Below the pieces are notes generated by a model. That model had not been told where the DNA came from and ran no database searches. It was given only the letters and a program-made list of their open reading frames with translations. A program made the position numbers and the translations under genes. A stretch of DNA of 64,000 bases from Vicugna vicugna (Eukaryota): NCBI GenBank assembly GCA_013265495.1, contig MU057560.1, forward strand, positions 320,753 to 384,752, in the 5' to 3' direction. Below are positions 53,466 through 64,000 of this stretch, piece after piece. The stretch's first letter is position 1. Each line of letters opens with the position of its first letter.

Positions 53466-53621
53466 TACCGTGACCAGAAATTAAATCTTATTCTTAAAAA
53501 CAAAGTAGAAAAGATTATTACAAACAGGTAAATGTTTAAGCTGACAGTGAAAAGCAAAGAGAATTAAATTACTGATGGTCTAAAGATCCTTCATCCTCTG
53601 ACTATTTCACACCACGTGTTA

Positions 53622-53730
53622 CGTGTGTGGTGTGTGTGTGTGTGTGGTGTGTGTGTGTGTGGTGTGTGTGTGTGGTGTGTATGTGTGGTGTGTGTGTGTG
53701 TGTGGTGTGTGTGTGCACCCGTGTGTGTGT
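53622..53730. repeat. (GT)n microsatellite with periodic GGT interruptions
   Basis: Directly visible in the sequence. Confidence 0.95.
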
Positions 53731-54429
53731 AGTTCCATTTTAATATCTAAGGATGCTTCCAATTCCAGTGTTGTAGTTTATGTCATAATCTGTCCCTGTA
53801 ATTCACAGAGTGGATATTCACAGCCAAGTTTTCTTGGGTTTGTGAACACAATTTTCCACAGCTACATTTTATGTCTTTTTCATCATAGCCTCATAAAGTG
53901 CAGCTGCAATTACCAAGTGTATTTTTATGGAAGTCGCATTTGAGCATGTGATATGTGTGCCCTCTTATATCATCTTGTCTGGAGAAGTCAGGAGAAATTG
54001 TTGTGCAAAATTGATATGATCAACCCATGAGCTGAAAGCTCTGGGAAAAAAAAAATGCGCTCTGCGGGAAGGATGGTGAATGTTTAGGAAGCCATAATTC
54101 TCAGTTAGGAGGTTGCTTCACCTTTAAGAGGCAACAGTGAAAAATTAATGAAACAAAGGCTTTCCTGAACGAGGCACGTTGATATGAAGACTGATTCAGT
54201 GAGCAAGTGCTGCCTGACAGATGCACTAGGACTGGGGTTGGCTCTGGGGGCTGATGAGAAAGGGCTTCTGACATGTGTCCAGTCTTTTGTGGATTTTTCT
54301 GCAGTTTTCTCTAAAGAGGAGGTTAATTTTTCTCTTGTATCCCATGATCCTTAGTGTCTAGGAGATAGATCAAAGTACCGCTTACTTCCTGTTACATTTT
54401 GCAATAACTCTTCCTTTCTACTTCAAAAG

Positions 54430-54740
54430 CCATCCCTCTTGGAAGCCCCTGCTCCGCCCTCTTGCGTAAGTTCACTGGTCTAGCCATCTTCCCCTTCCTC
54501 ACTGGAGACCACATGCCTCCCATGATGTGGCTTTCCCCTCATTCCTGCCATATTTCTGGGTGACTTCATAAGCTACATGGAGGACCCAGCCCATGTCAGT
54601 CCCTCCAAGCCCCTCTTCTCCATTGGGTCCCCTTCATTCCTGCACACTCCTGATCACACCATGAACCTTGCCACCCCCCCCAAATAAACCATCATTCAAA
54701 CCTGGCCATCAACGCTCCTCCTTCCAGCTCAGTTTTTTAC
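54430..54740 (+). mobile_element. L2 fragment from the APE endonuclease region
   Basis: About 54550 translates as IFLGDFISYMEDP, resembling the L2/CR1 ILGDFNIHVDDP motif. Confidence 0.55.
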
Positions 54741-56479
54741 ACTCTCAACTCGACACCCCACAAAGAGCTTTATCACAGTCTTATTTAGCAGGGTGAAACA
54801 TTTGAAATGGTTCTGTAAATTGTGATCTCTTCATTTGGAACATTACAACCTATTACACTAAAATTTTACTGATCCAGAGGTGTGAATATTCATGAAGTGT
54901 CAAATTTTAAGAAGTTAGAAATCAAAATCATTTGCTGACGAGGAGTGATGAGTTTGCAGGAGAACATGATGGAATAGAAATGTAGCAAGACATGGGCGGT
55001 GCTCACAGCTGGATCTTGGAGTTAGCACTTCAGTTCACCAGAATTTAAAGAAGTAAATGTAATTATATAGTAAAATAAATTAAAATATTTTAATTCAACA
55101 AGCATTTACTTGGGGACCATTGTTTTTAAGCTCTCTGTTACCAGTGGTGGCATGAAGATAAATGAATCAGCTCCCTGTAAGGGTCTCAGACAAAGAGATG
55201 AAAATAAGTAAATGTTATTTTATGTCATAAGAGAAATCAAATTTATTGTTTGTTTTAAAGCACTTGCTTTATTTAAGAAAGAGTAACTGTTGGGAAGCTG
55301 AGATATGCACATACCTATGTGTTCATGTATGTGTTATGGGTATATATTTGGATAATATATGTATGTATATAATTCTCGACAATCAAAATTCGATTATCTC
55401 AGAAATCAAGTATAATGGCTTAAACCCTGACTCTTATTAAAGGCCTGTAAGAAATGTCAATTTTGGAATATGTGCTAAGGCTGAGACTAGCCACCTGATT
55501 TGGTCCCAATTTATTCCTGAAAATCGTTCATTGGAAATGGAGCCACTAATGAAGAAAGAGACCAGAGATGTTTCCTGTCTGCAGCTCCCCGAGCATCCTC
55601 TGGCCAGCCCCATCCAGTGTCAGCTCAGCATCCGTAACTTGGTGGACAAAATAAAGTTCGATTCCTCACACATCCAGGAGGATAGGCATCCTCCACTGTC
55701 TGGGAAACTGGGGGAGAGTTCTCAGAACTTCTTAACCATTTTAGATCCATAGAAAAAAAAAGAGAGCAAAATATTCCCATTTAGGGATAGTTTATAGTTT
55801 TTATTTTATGTTTATATTAAAACTTGTGTAATAAACAGTCCTTTGAGGAAGTTTCCTATTATTTTGTAACAGTCATATCAACAAAGCATGTATTTCCACC
55901 AAGATAGTAATTTGGCTTAGAATGAGTAAAACAATAACCAGTAAGAAAATAAAGATATAATAAAAAAAAGGATGGAAATGAGAATCCATGAGAAAAAAGT
56001 GAAACCAAGATAAGCTTGGAACATGCCTTTTTCTAGTCAGAAATTTCAGTTGCCTCATTCTGATGAAGCATTCTCTGTAAATCTCTAAATACATCTTGTT
56101 GTGAATGTGTGTGTTTGTGTTACTCATCCAGTCATTCATTCCACAGATACTCACTGAGCACCTTCTTGTAGTTCACATTTTAGCAGCTAGAGAAACAAGG
56201 GTGAAGGCTAGTGTCCGGCTACTGGGGAAACTAAGAGTCTAGTAGGAGATGGAGGTACGCCCCATGGCCTGTGGGTTCGGTGCAAGAGAGCCACACACAC
56301 AAATAAAATGATATTAAACAATAAAATAAAGTGAAGAATAGGGGGAAAAAAAGATGATCGTTAGATCAACTAGTTAAAAATGTTGTCCCAATGGAAGAAA
56401 ACTAAATATTGAGCTGAAAAGGCGTTTTCAAGGTGGAAAGGCGTTTCTGGAGGAGGGGCAGCTGTGCCAAAGGAAGGGA

Positions 56480-57560
56480 TCCTGAGAGCCGGGTCTGCTC
56501 GGGGGAGCGCACGCAGCCAGACGCGGAGCTGAGTGAGGGCCGCGGGGCGCGGGGCTGCGGGGACCCTCTGCGTCCCTCCGCCGTGAGCTCTGCGTTTACC
56601 TAACGGTCCGTCGAAGAGGTTCCGTCCAGTAGCAGCAGTGGCTATGAGAATAATCCCCTCCTCAAAGGCGTGTCGCAGGCGCTGGCTGGGCTAATACATC
56701 GGAAATGCTTGGGCCCCCCGCCCAGAGTCTCGCTGCCGTCACCCGGGTGGGGGCTCGAGGGGGGCGGCTTCCAGGGAGGCGGAAGAGAGCAAACGCCTGC
56801 AGGACCCGGAAACCCGTCCTGACGGCCTTGGGCATTTTCTTTTAAGGGGTGTGGCTGCTGAAGCGTGCTAAGAAGGGAAATACGAACAGTTGCGTGTTTT
56901 CGGAAGATCCGTCATGCTGCGTCCTGCTACCTGGAATCGACGCCACTTTGACCGGCTTTGCCTGTTTTCGTTCCCAGTTCACGGCGCATCGTGGAGACAC
57001 GCGGTCGCCACCTTGCCTGGCGTGCGATCGGGGGCGAGGCAGCGCCCCCGGCGCCGTGCTGGGTGCCTGCGAGCCCTGCGAACGGGGAAGGCTCTGCGAG
57101 CAGAGGCGGCGCGTGTGAGGCCGGGCTGGGCCCGCGGCTTCGCCGGCTGAACGGCGCCTCTGCCGTCTGCGCTCTCGGCGCTGTAGGCGCGGCCTTGGTC
57201 ATTCCGCGGCGCGGTAGCCCGGCCTTTCCGAACGATGGTCTCGGGGCGGGGTGACATTCAAGCCCCTGGGCTCCAGCCCCGGGCGGCTGTGGGGCTGTGA
57301 ACAGGCGCCGAGGGCCGCCACCGGCTCCGGCCCGGACGCAAGGGTCGGAATCGCGCCCGCCGCACGGGAGGCCGGAGGCTCTGGGGCTTAGGGCGCGGCT
57401 GGCGCGCTTGCGTTGACCGCGGCCTCACGTCAACCAGCCCGACGCCTGCTGCCGCGCAGTCGCCGAGTCGGGGTCCCCCGACCCCCCTCAGCTGGTCCGT
57501 GCTGGTGCCGGGATCTGAATCCCGACCTCGCGGAGCCCAGGCTCCTCCATGACTCAGTGC
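56480..57560. promoter_or_regulatory. CpG island with no associated coding exon
   Basis: Very dense CpG (11 CpG in 57301-57360 alone) within otherwise AT-rich flanks. Confidence 0.75.
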
Positions 57561-58191
57561 CCAGATGCGGGGATGGATGTGAAGGACGTGGATGCCAGCG
57601 GGTGTTCTGCTTCCTACAACTGGATGCGAGAAGAGAGGGAAATTGTGCCATGAGGGAGAGTCAAAGTGTGGGGATGAACTTTTGACTAGAAGAGAAAACT
57701 ATTTGCCGTAATAGGAATGCTCCAAGTTATTCAGTTTTCCTCGGGCTTTTTTGTTGGTTGGTTGGTTGGTTGGTTGGTTTTAAGAAACAAAAAAGGTGTA
57801 ATGACAGCCTATGACTGTTTTAAGACAAAAGAGTCAGAAAAACCTGGTCCCCTGCATTGGGGGGGGGGCTGTAGGACAGGACGGCGTGACTTTGATGTGT
57901 TTTATGGTGAGGGGTGGGGGGACTATAATTCTCTAGCACATCGGCCCAATATGCTGAAGTCAGCGCCAGATAAAACTCTGGAAAGATTTTGAATAAAGGG
58001 CCAAGAAAGAATAATATTGTCTATTGATTTGGAGGGAAAAACTTTGAATGGTTTTCCCCAAGTGTAAAAATCCATTATTTTCCTGAGACTAAAGATCAAA
58101 ATGACCAACAGAAAATCTTGACTATCAAAGCAGAGAACAAGAAACCTGGGCTCAGTTTAGTTTTTCTGTGTCCACCTCCTCTCCCCACCTC

Positions 58192-58240
58192 AACACAGAT
58201 ACACACACACACACACACACACAGTCACACACACACACAC
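58192..58240. repeat. Interrupted (CA)n microsatellite
   Basis: Directly visible in the sequence. Confidence 0.95.
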
Positions 58241-59619
58241 GTGCCTGTGAGCCTCAAGAGTACACAATGATGAAGGACTCTTAGACTCAAGCAAGTCATT
58301 ATCACCAGTAAGCTAATTTTTTTTCTTAATTAAAGGCTTGAGGGCCAGGAGGACCAAAAACAAACGCCACACATGTGCCAGGAAGACTAAATGCTTGACA
58401 GTGCTTTTAATGTCAAAGTCCCGGAGTCTGGTTCAATGAACGTAGGGTCTTTGTGAGACAGAGGCGGATAAAGCCCTGCATTTGTCACAAAAGGAGTGTC
58501 TTCATTTTGAAAGCTTCAAAGGGGAATATTAGGTGCTTTAAAAACGTCTTTCTTCTGCTCTAAGAAAATAATTATGGCACAATTTATCCTAATTCAGGTT
58601 TTAAGCCTTGATTAGAGATGTGCAATCTTACCTTCAAATAAAATATATAATTTTCCACAGGGCATGCATTCACTCACTCATTCTTCTTTCTAAATTACAG
58701 CAAATTGCTCCAATTTGAGTTTCCTTGTAGTGTGCATTTAGGCCACTCAGAAGCCTGCCTGCCCCTCCACCTGGGTGCCGAGCAGTCACTAATAGAGAAT
58801 GTCATTTTAATCAAGAGGAGTGGATTCTGTCATTCGGCAGGACTGTTTAGCACGCGCAGCGCCGCCCCAGAAGGAGGTGGGGATGCAGGTGTCTCGCGGA
58901 GCCTCCTGCCTGGCAGCTCTAGAACCTTACAATTTGCACGTGGCTTTCCAGAGACCGCTCTTGTTTTATTCCACTTTGTAACAGCTTTCGAATCCAGTAA
59001 TATTCCTTGAACTTGATTTCAAGCCCACAATTGTTTGATTATCTCTGAAGGGTAGGGTACTATTTTGGGTGCCTGGACAGGAATCAGATGGAGGCAGCAG
59101 ATGGGACAGGCGAGACACTACGCTCCCCTGCTCATCAGGTGATGCTGAGGAGAGAGTGGCAAATTAAGAGGAAACCTGTTCCCGCCCCTGTGATGAGGAC
59201 GCGGCGTGCAGTAGCTCACCTGTTGTCATCACATCATCAGGTGCCAGGTACTGTTCGTATTGTGATAATCTGCCTGATGAGGAAGTTTCTTGGTTAACAG
59301 CTGGTGAGTGTCAGAACTTGGATTTGAACTCAGAGTTCCGAACTCAGAACCCATGGATATCACCACTGGATTGTACTGAAGGAAGGCTAAATAATCTGTG
59401 AAAGATTGAATAGTAGTTACTACTGGGCTCGAAACTAAACCCAGGTTTTTCTGAGTTAAAACTGGACATGCCCTCTGCTGTGCTGGCTTTCTGCAACGGA
59501 CTCACATTTACACGTGCTGTTATTTCTTTGTTATTATTGACATCTATACAGGTGGGAGAAGTCACTTATTTAAGGGTTGAAAAACTTACTCACTTTTACA
59601 AGTGTAATTGTCCAATGAA

Positions 59620-62600
59620 TTCTTTTCAAAATTATAATGTTAATTAACTTACTCATTTATTTATAATGTGAATTACAAGTTAACATGGTTTAAAATTCCA
59701 AAAACACAAAATTGTGAGTAATAGAGATTTTCCCTCCCTGCCCTCCATCCCTTTGAAGTCACCAAGTACCCTTTCCTGCAACTCATCTACTTTATCCAAG
59801 TCTTGTGTGTTCCCTGAGCTATGATATGTATATATGGACAAATAAACATATCTATTTTGCCCACTTTTATACAAAGAGTAGCATAATAGATACATTATTT
59901 GGGGTTATGCTTACTTCACTTAGCAATAGATCTTGGGCTCATTCCAATAAGGACATAAATGGTTTCCTTGGTCTGTTTTTAATGGCTTTAGTTTTTCCAT
60001 TTTGTAGGTTTACCATAATCTGTTTAACAAGTTCATGTTAATGGTATTTAACCTGTTCACAATCTTTTGCTATTAGAAAAATGATGTAACAACCTCTCAC
60101 ATACATAATTTTATATATGTGCAGATGAATTTATTTCCAAAAGTAGAATTGATGGGGTAAAATATATGTTAATATTAGTAGCAATCCTCAAATTACTCTC
60201 TATAAAGATTATGTCAGCTACCTTCTCACTAAGCAACTGTGAGACTGTAGCATTTCCCCACGCCTAGGCAATGCCCTGCTTTACACTTACGTTCTTCACC
60301 AACCTGGAAGATAAACCTGACATTCGAGTAGCTTTAATTGGATTTCTCTTATTATGAGAATTGAAACATCTCTTTATATGTTAAAATCATTCATTTGTTT
60401 TTCCTTTCTTTTGAACTGACTAGTGATTTCTATGCTATATTTCTATGCTTTATTGACATTTTTCTTATTAGTTTGTAGCAGTTCTGCATTTATTAAGGAC
60501 ATCAACCTTTTATTGTACTGTTCTTTACATTACTTTCCTATTTTTTAAACTTTGCTTATTTTTTCCATTTAGAAAGTTTTATTTGCATACAATTATCAGT
60601 CTTTTATAATTTCTGGCTTTTGTATCACTTACAGAAGTGCTCATTGTGATAAATATTATGAAGGAATTCTGCAATGGTTTCTTCTAAGTAGATCTATAGT
60701 TTGAATTTTTGTGTTTAAATTTTGGATCAATTTGGAGTTTATTCTGTTGCAAGTTGTGGAGTAGAAATGCAGTTGATTTAATTTTTCCTAGATTACTATC
60801 TCACCGATTTAAAACAGTTTTATTCTTTCTTAAATAATATATATTTAAAAATAGAATATTGAAAAATTATTTATTTTCCCCCAATAAATTGATATGACAT
60901 GTTTGTCATTTACCAAGCCCCTTTAGTTGTTTGGATCTATTTCTGAAATTTCCACTCTTCTATATCAATTTTGCCAACTCCAGTGCCACTAACGCAATAC
61001 ATTATTCATCATAATTTCATGACCTGTTTTGATATCTGAAAGGACTATGTCTTAGTTTGCTTGGCTACGGTAACAAAACGCCATGGACTGGTGACGTAAG
61101 CAACAGATATTTCTCATAGTTCCAGAGGCTGGAAGTCCAAGATAGAGATGCTGACAGATTCGATTTCTGATGAGGAATCTTCTTGTTCAGAGACAGCAGT
61201 CTTCTCATTGTATCTTCACAGATGGAGAGAGAACTAGTCTCTTTCTCTTCCTGTAAAGGCTGAAATCCCATCACGAGGGCCACACCCTCAAGATCTCATA
61301 GGAACCTAAGTACCTGCCAGATCTCCCACCTCCTTGACAGTTGCCTAGACTTACATGAGGCCTTGAGAGAGTAGCCCTCGTGACGGGCTTCACCTTGGGG
61401 GTTAAGACCTCAACATATGAGTTTGGGGAGGTACATTCCATCCATAGTGGACTAGTTTCAATATATTTTAATAGAAATATTTCTGATTTTCTTTATTTAC
61501 TTATTATTACTTTTGTCTTTTTAAATCTCTTTCTCTTACATTCCTTATTTCATGAGAGGAGAGCATGATTATCTTTCTTCTTGAATTGGAAATACAATTA
61601 ATTTATATTTCTTATACTTTTTATGAATACTTGCCTTAAGACTGTGTATTTTCTACTGGACATTGCTTTATATGTAGCCCAGAGATATTGAAATACATGA
61701 TGTTTTGTATTGCTATAGTCAAGATATTTCACAAATTCAGTTGAATTTTCTTTCTGATGTAGAAATATTTTCCCACATCAAGAGTTAAGCACATTGTTGG
61801 GTTTTTATACTATAGGTTTGGATATATCCATTAAATTTACCTTTTATTCAAATCTTCCATATTTTTTATCATTTTCATTTGACAAAAAAAGATGTGAATA
61901 AAAGTCCCCTTTTTCTGTGTTCTTCTACTTCCCTTTTAATCACCTGTATTTTTACAAAATGCATATTAATACTAAATTTGTTGGTGCACATATACCCATA
62001 GTGTTATAACTTTATCTTGAACTGTAACCTTCTCTTAATAAAGGAAACATTTACTAACGTCATATGATTTATATATTACATGACTTATGGTTTATATTCA
62101 AAGCTATCTGATATTAACATAACAATATTTATTTTTTATTTGGATTTTTCCCTATATAATTTCTCTACTTTTTATGTTTTCAAATATGCATAATTGATTT
62201 CTTTAGTAGTGTTTAAAAAATACAGACTAAGCAAACTTGGTGATTCAATTTGAATTTGTTTTTCTTGCTTTTTGTTTATTTTTAATGTTAGCTTAGCTTG
62301 TTGATACCTATAAACTTATTGCTAAAGCTGCTACAAATGATTTTAATTCTGTCATAATATTATTTTATACTATCTTTAAAGATTCAGTGATTTTTTTTCT
62401 CATCTTTAGCATCGTCAAGGAATTTAAAATGTTCTCTCTGTTATATAATTTCTACAATTTATTTTATTATTCTCACTGTAGTTACATATTTAATATTTAG
62501 AGCCAATTTTTTCCTAATTAACTATTAGCTGAAGGTTTTCCTTTAGTGGCAGAAACAGTATTTCTGAATTCTTATGTTTAAGGCAATTTGCCACCTCTTA

Positions 62601-62990
62601 ATTGAATGAGGATATAAGTGAGGAGAATTCCTTGGACCATATATTATTTTCTTAAATATTTTTTCTTATTTCTACACTGTCTTTAGTATTCAGAGTTGTA
62701 GCAGAGAAAACAGCCTGATGTTAGTTTTCTTTTGTAAGTGATGTGTTGTTTTTCCTGAATCTTTGAAGAAACCTTAATTTTGGTCTCTAGCAAAGTTGTT
62801 AGTCTACATCTCAGCTCAGGCTGGTTTGTTTCAATGTTCTTGAAGATGCAATGTGTCTTCTTAATAAAGAGCATTGAGTCTTGAGTCTTTTTTTTTAAAT
62901 TTTCATTAAGCTGTTTCAGCGATGCCTTCCTGTTTCAGAGGATATCATTTGCATACCTTGTCTTCTAAATCTTCTATTTTCTCTCAGATC
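59620..62990 (-). mobile_element. Old L1 (L1ME-like) remnants, interrupted by an MLT1 LTR
   Basis: T-rich reversed L1 phrases (tcttttgctattag, tttaattggatttctcttattatgag, gatcaatttggagtttattctg, gagaaaacagcctgatgttag). Confidence 0.6.
61048..61449 (-). mobile_element. MaLR solo LTR (MLT1A/B-like) with 5-bp TSD
   Basis: tgtcttagtttgcttggctac...ctcatagttccagaggctggaagtccaagat...caacatatgagtttggggagg; TSD gacta at 61043-61047 and 61450-61454. Confidence 0.85.
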
Positions 62991-62994
62991 CTAT

Positions 62995-63192
62995 AACACC
63001 TGGATACAGTAGCAAGTAGCCATGTATGACTATTTAAACTTAATTTTAAATTAACTAACATTAAAAATTCAGTTCTTCTATCTATTCACTTTCAAGTCAT
63101 CAGTAGCAGTGTGTGTCTAGGGGATGCTGTATTGGACAATGTAGCTAAGGACAGTTTCATCATAAAAAGAATGTTCTATTGGATAGTACTGA
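62995..63192 (-). mobile_element. hAT-Charlie MITE, MER3-like
   Basis: tacagtagcaagtagccatgtatgactatttaaa...gtattggacaatgtag...tgttctattggatagtactg. Confidence 0.7.
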
Positions 63193-63734
63193 CATTTCTC
63201 TAAACCTTTTTCTATTTTACATTTAATTTTTCTTACTTTATTGTGTCTATGCTCCATGCCAATTATTATATTTTTATTATTTTTTTATATTTTATAATAT
63301 TTTATATTATTATATTATATTTTTACAGAGTGAATTTTATGTTTGAAGACTAGAAATTTAAGTAAAAAATTTTTTTTGAGGATGAGGATGTTTCAAGCAG
63401 TTAGGGAAAAAAATACCTGTTAAGTGTGTATTGGAGGAAAAATTATGTCAGCTGTCACGTCTCGCTTTTTTACCTTTGGGATTTCTGTCTTTCCTGATAT
63501 AACATGCCCAAGATCGTCTCAAAGAAAATTATGAAGTGATTTATGTTCATCTCTGTACCTTCAGCTCTTCTTTGTGAGCATTTTTCTTTATGTTACACAT
63601 GGTGCTTTTGCTTCCCTGTACCTTTCATTTCTCTCTTATTTCCTCTTTGTATCAGGTTAAAATCTTACATTAGTCATTTACATCTTAGTGTGAGTGAGCA
63701 TGAAAGCTTTTTATTCCAAATCTCTTCTGTGCAT

Positions 63735-64000
63735 GGTACGACAGCTAATTTTATGTGTCAGTGTGACTGGATCGTGGGGGGCCCAGATATCTGATTAAGC
63801 ATTATTTCTGGGTGTGTCTGTATGGATGTTTCCAGAAGGGGTGAGCATTTGAATTGGAGAACTGCATAGACTGGATTGTACCCCCTCCCAATGTGAGTGG
63901 ACATCATCTATTCCCTTGAGGGTCTGAATAGACCAAAAAGGGCTGAGGAAGTTTGAGTTCTTTCTCTTCCTGACTTCTCAGCTGAGAGCCACGTCCACCT
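63735..64000 (+). mobile_element. ERVL LTR (MLT2 family), running off the window end
   Basis: ctaattttatgtgtcagtgtgactgg...gcccagatatctgattaagcattatttctgggtgtgtctgt...gagggtctgaatagaccaaaaagg matches the MLT2 5' half. Confidence 0.8.

Noticed and set aside
53623..53943. Cys/Val-rich ORF
   Set aside because: Translation of the GT microsatellite.
58449..58494. Small hairpin (tttgtga...ggc ggataaa gcc...tcacaaa)
   Set aside because: Short, interrupted stem within chance expectation.
1..64000. CRISPR arrays, operons or other prokaryotic systems
   Set aside because: The sequence is mammalian, with SINE, LINE and LTR content throughout, and shows no repeat-spacer array or dense gene organisation.

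Overview
Mammalian, most likely camelid, genomic DNA; the lineage call rests on three copies of a tRNA-Ala-derived SINE resembling camelid vic-1 and a camelid-like L1 3' end. I found no intact protein-coding exon, so the window looks intergenic or deeply intronic. Almost all listed ORFs are chance frames. The exceptions are remnants of (i) a highly diverged, intronless cTAGE5/MIA2-type retrocopy on the minus strand (about 26.3-29.1 kb) split by an old L1, (ii) a roughly 1.5 kb piggyBac-family (Looper-like) fossil at 42.5-44.0 kb and (iii) an L1 ORF2 C-terminus at 36.5 kb. There are two CpG islands (about 30.6-31.9 kb and 56.5-57.6 kb); the second appears to be built from GC-enriched ancient repeats. 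Other structures of note are a 53-bp inverted duplication forming a long hairpin inside a MaLR solo LTR, an exact tandem SINE duplication, a twin-primed L1, a chimeric L1 and an old local duplication. I see no convincing evidence of a wholly new biological system. Repeat family names and protein comparisons come from recalled consensus sequences, not from a database search.
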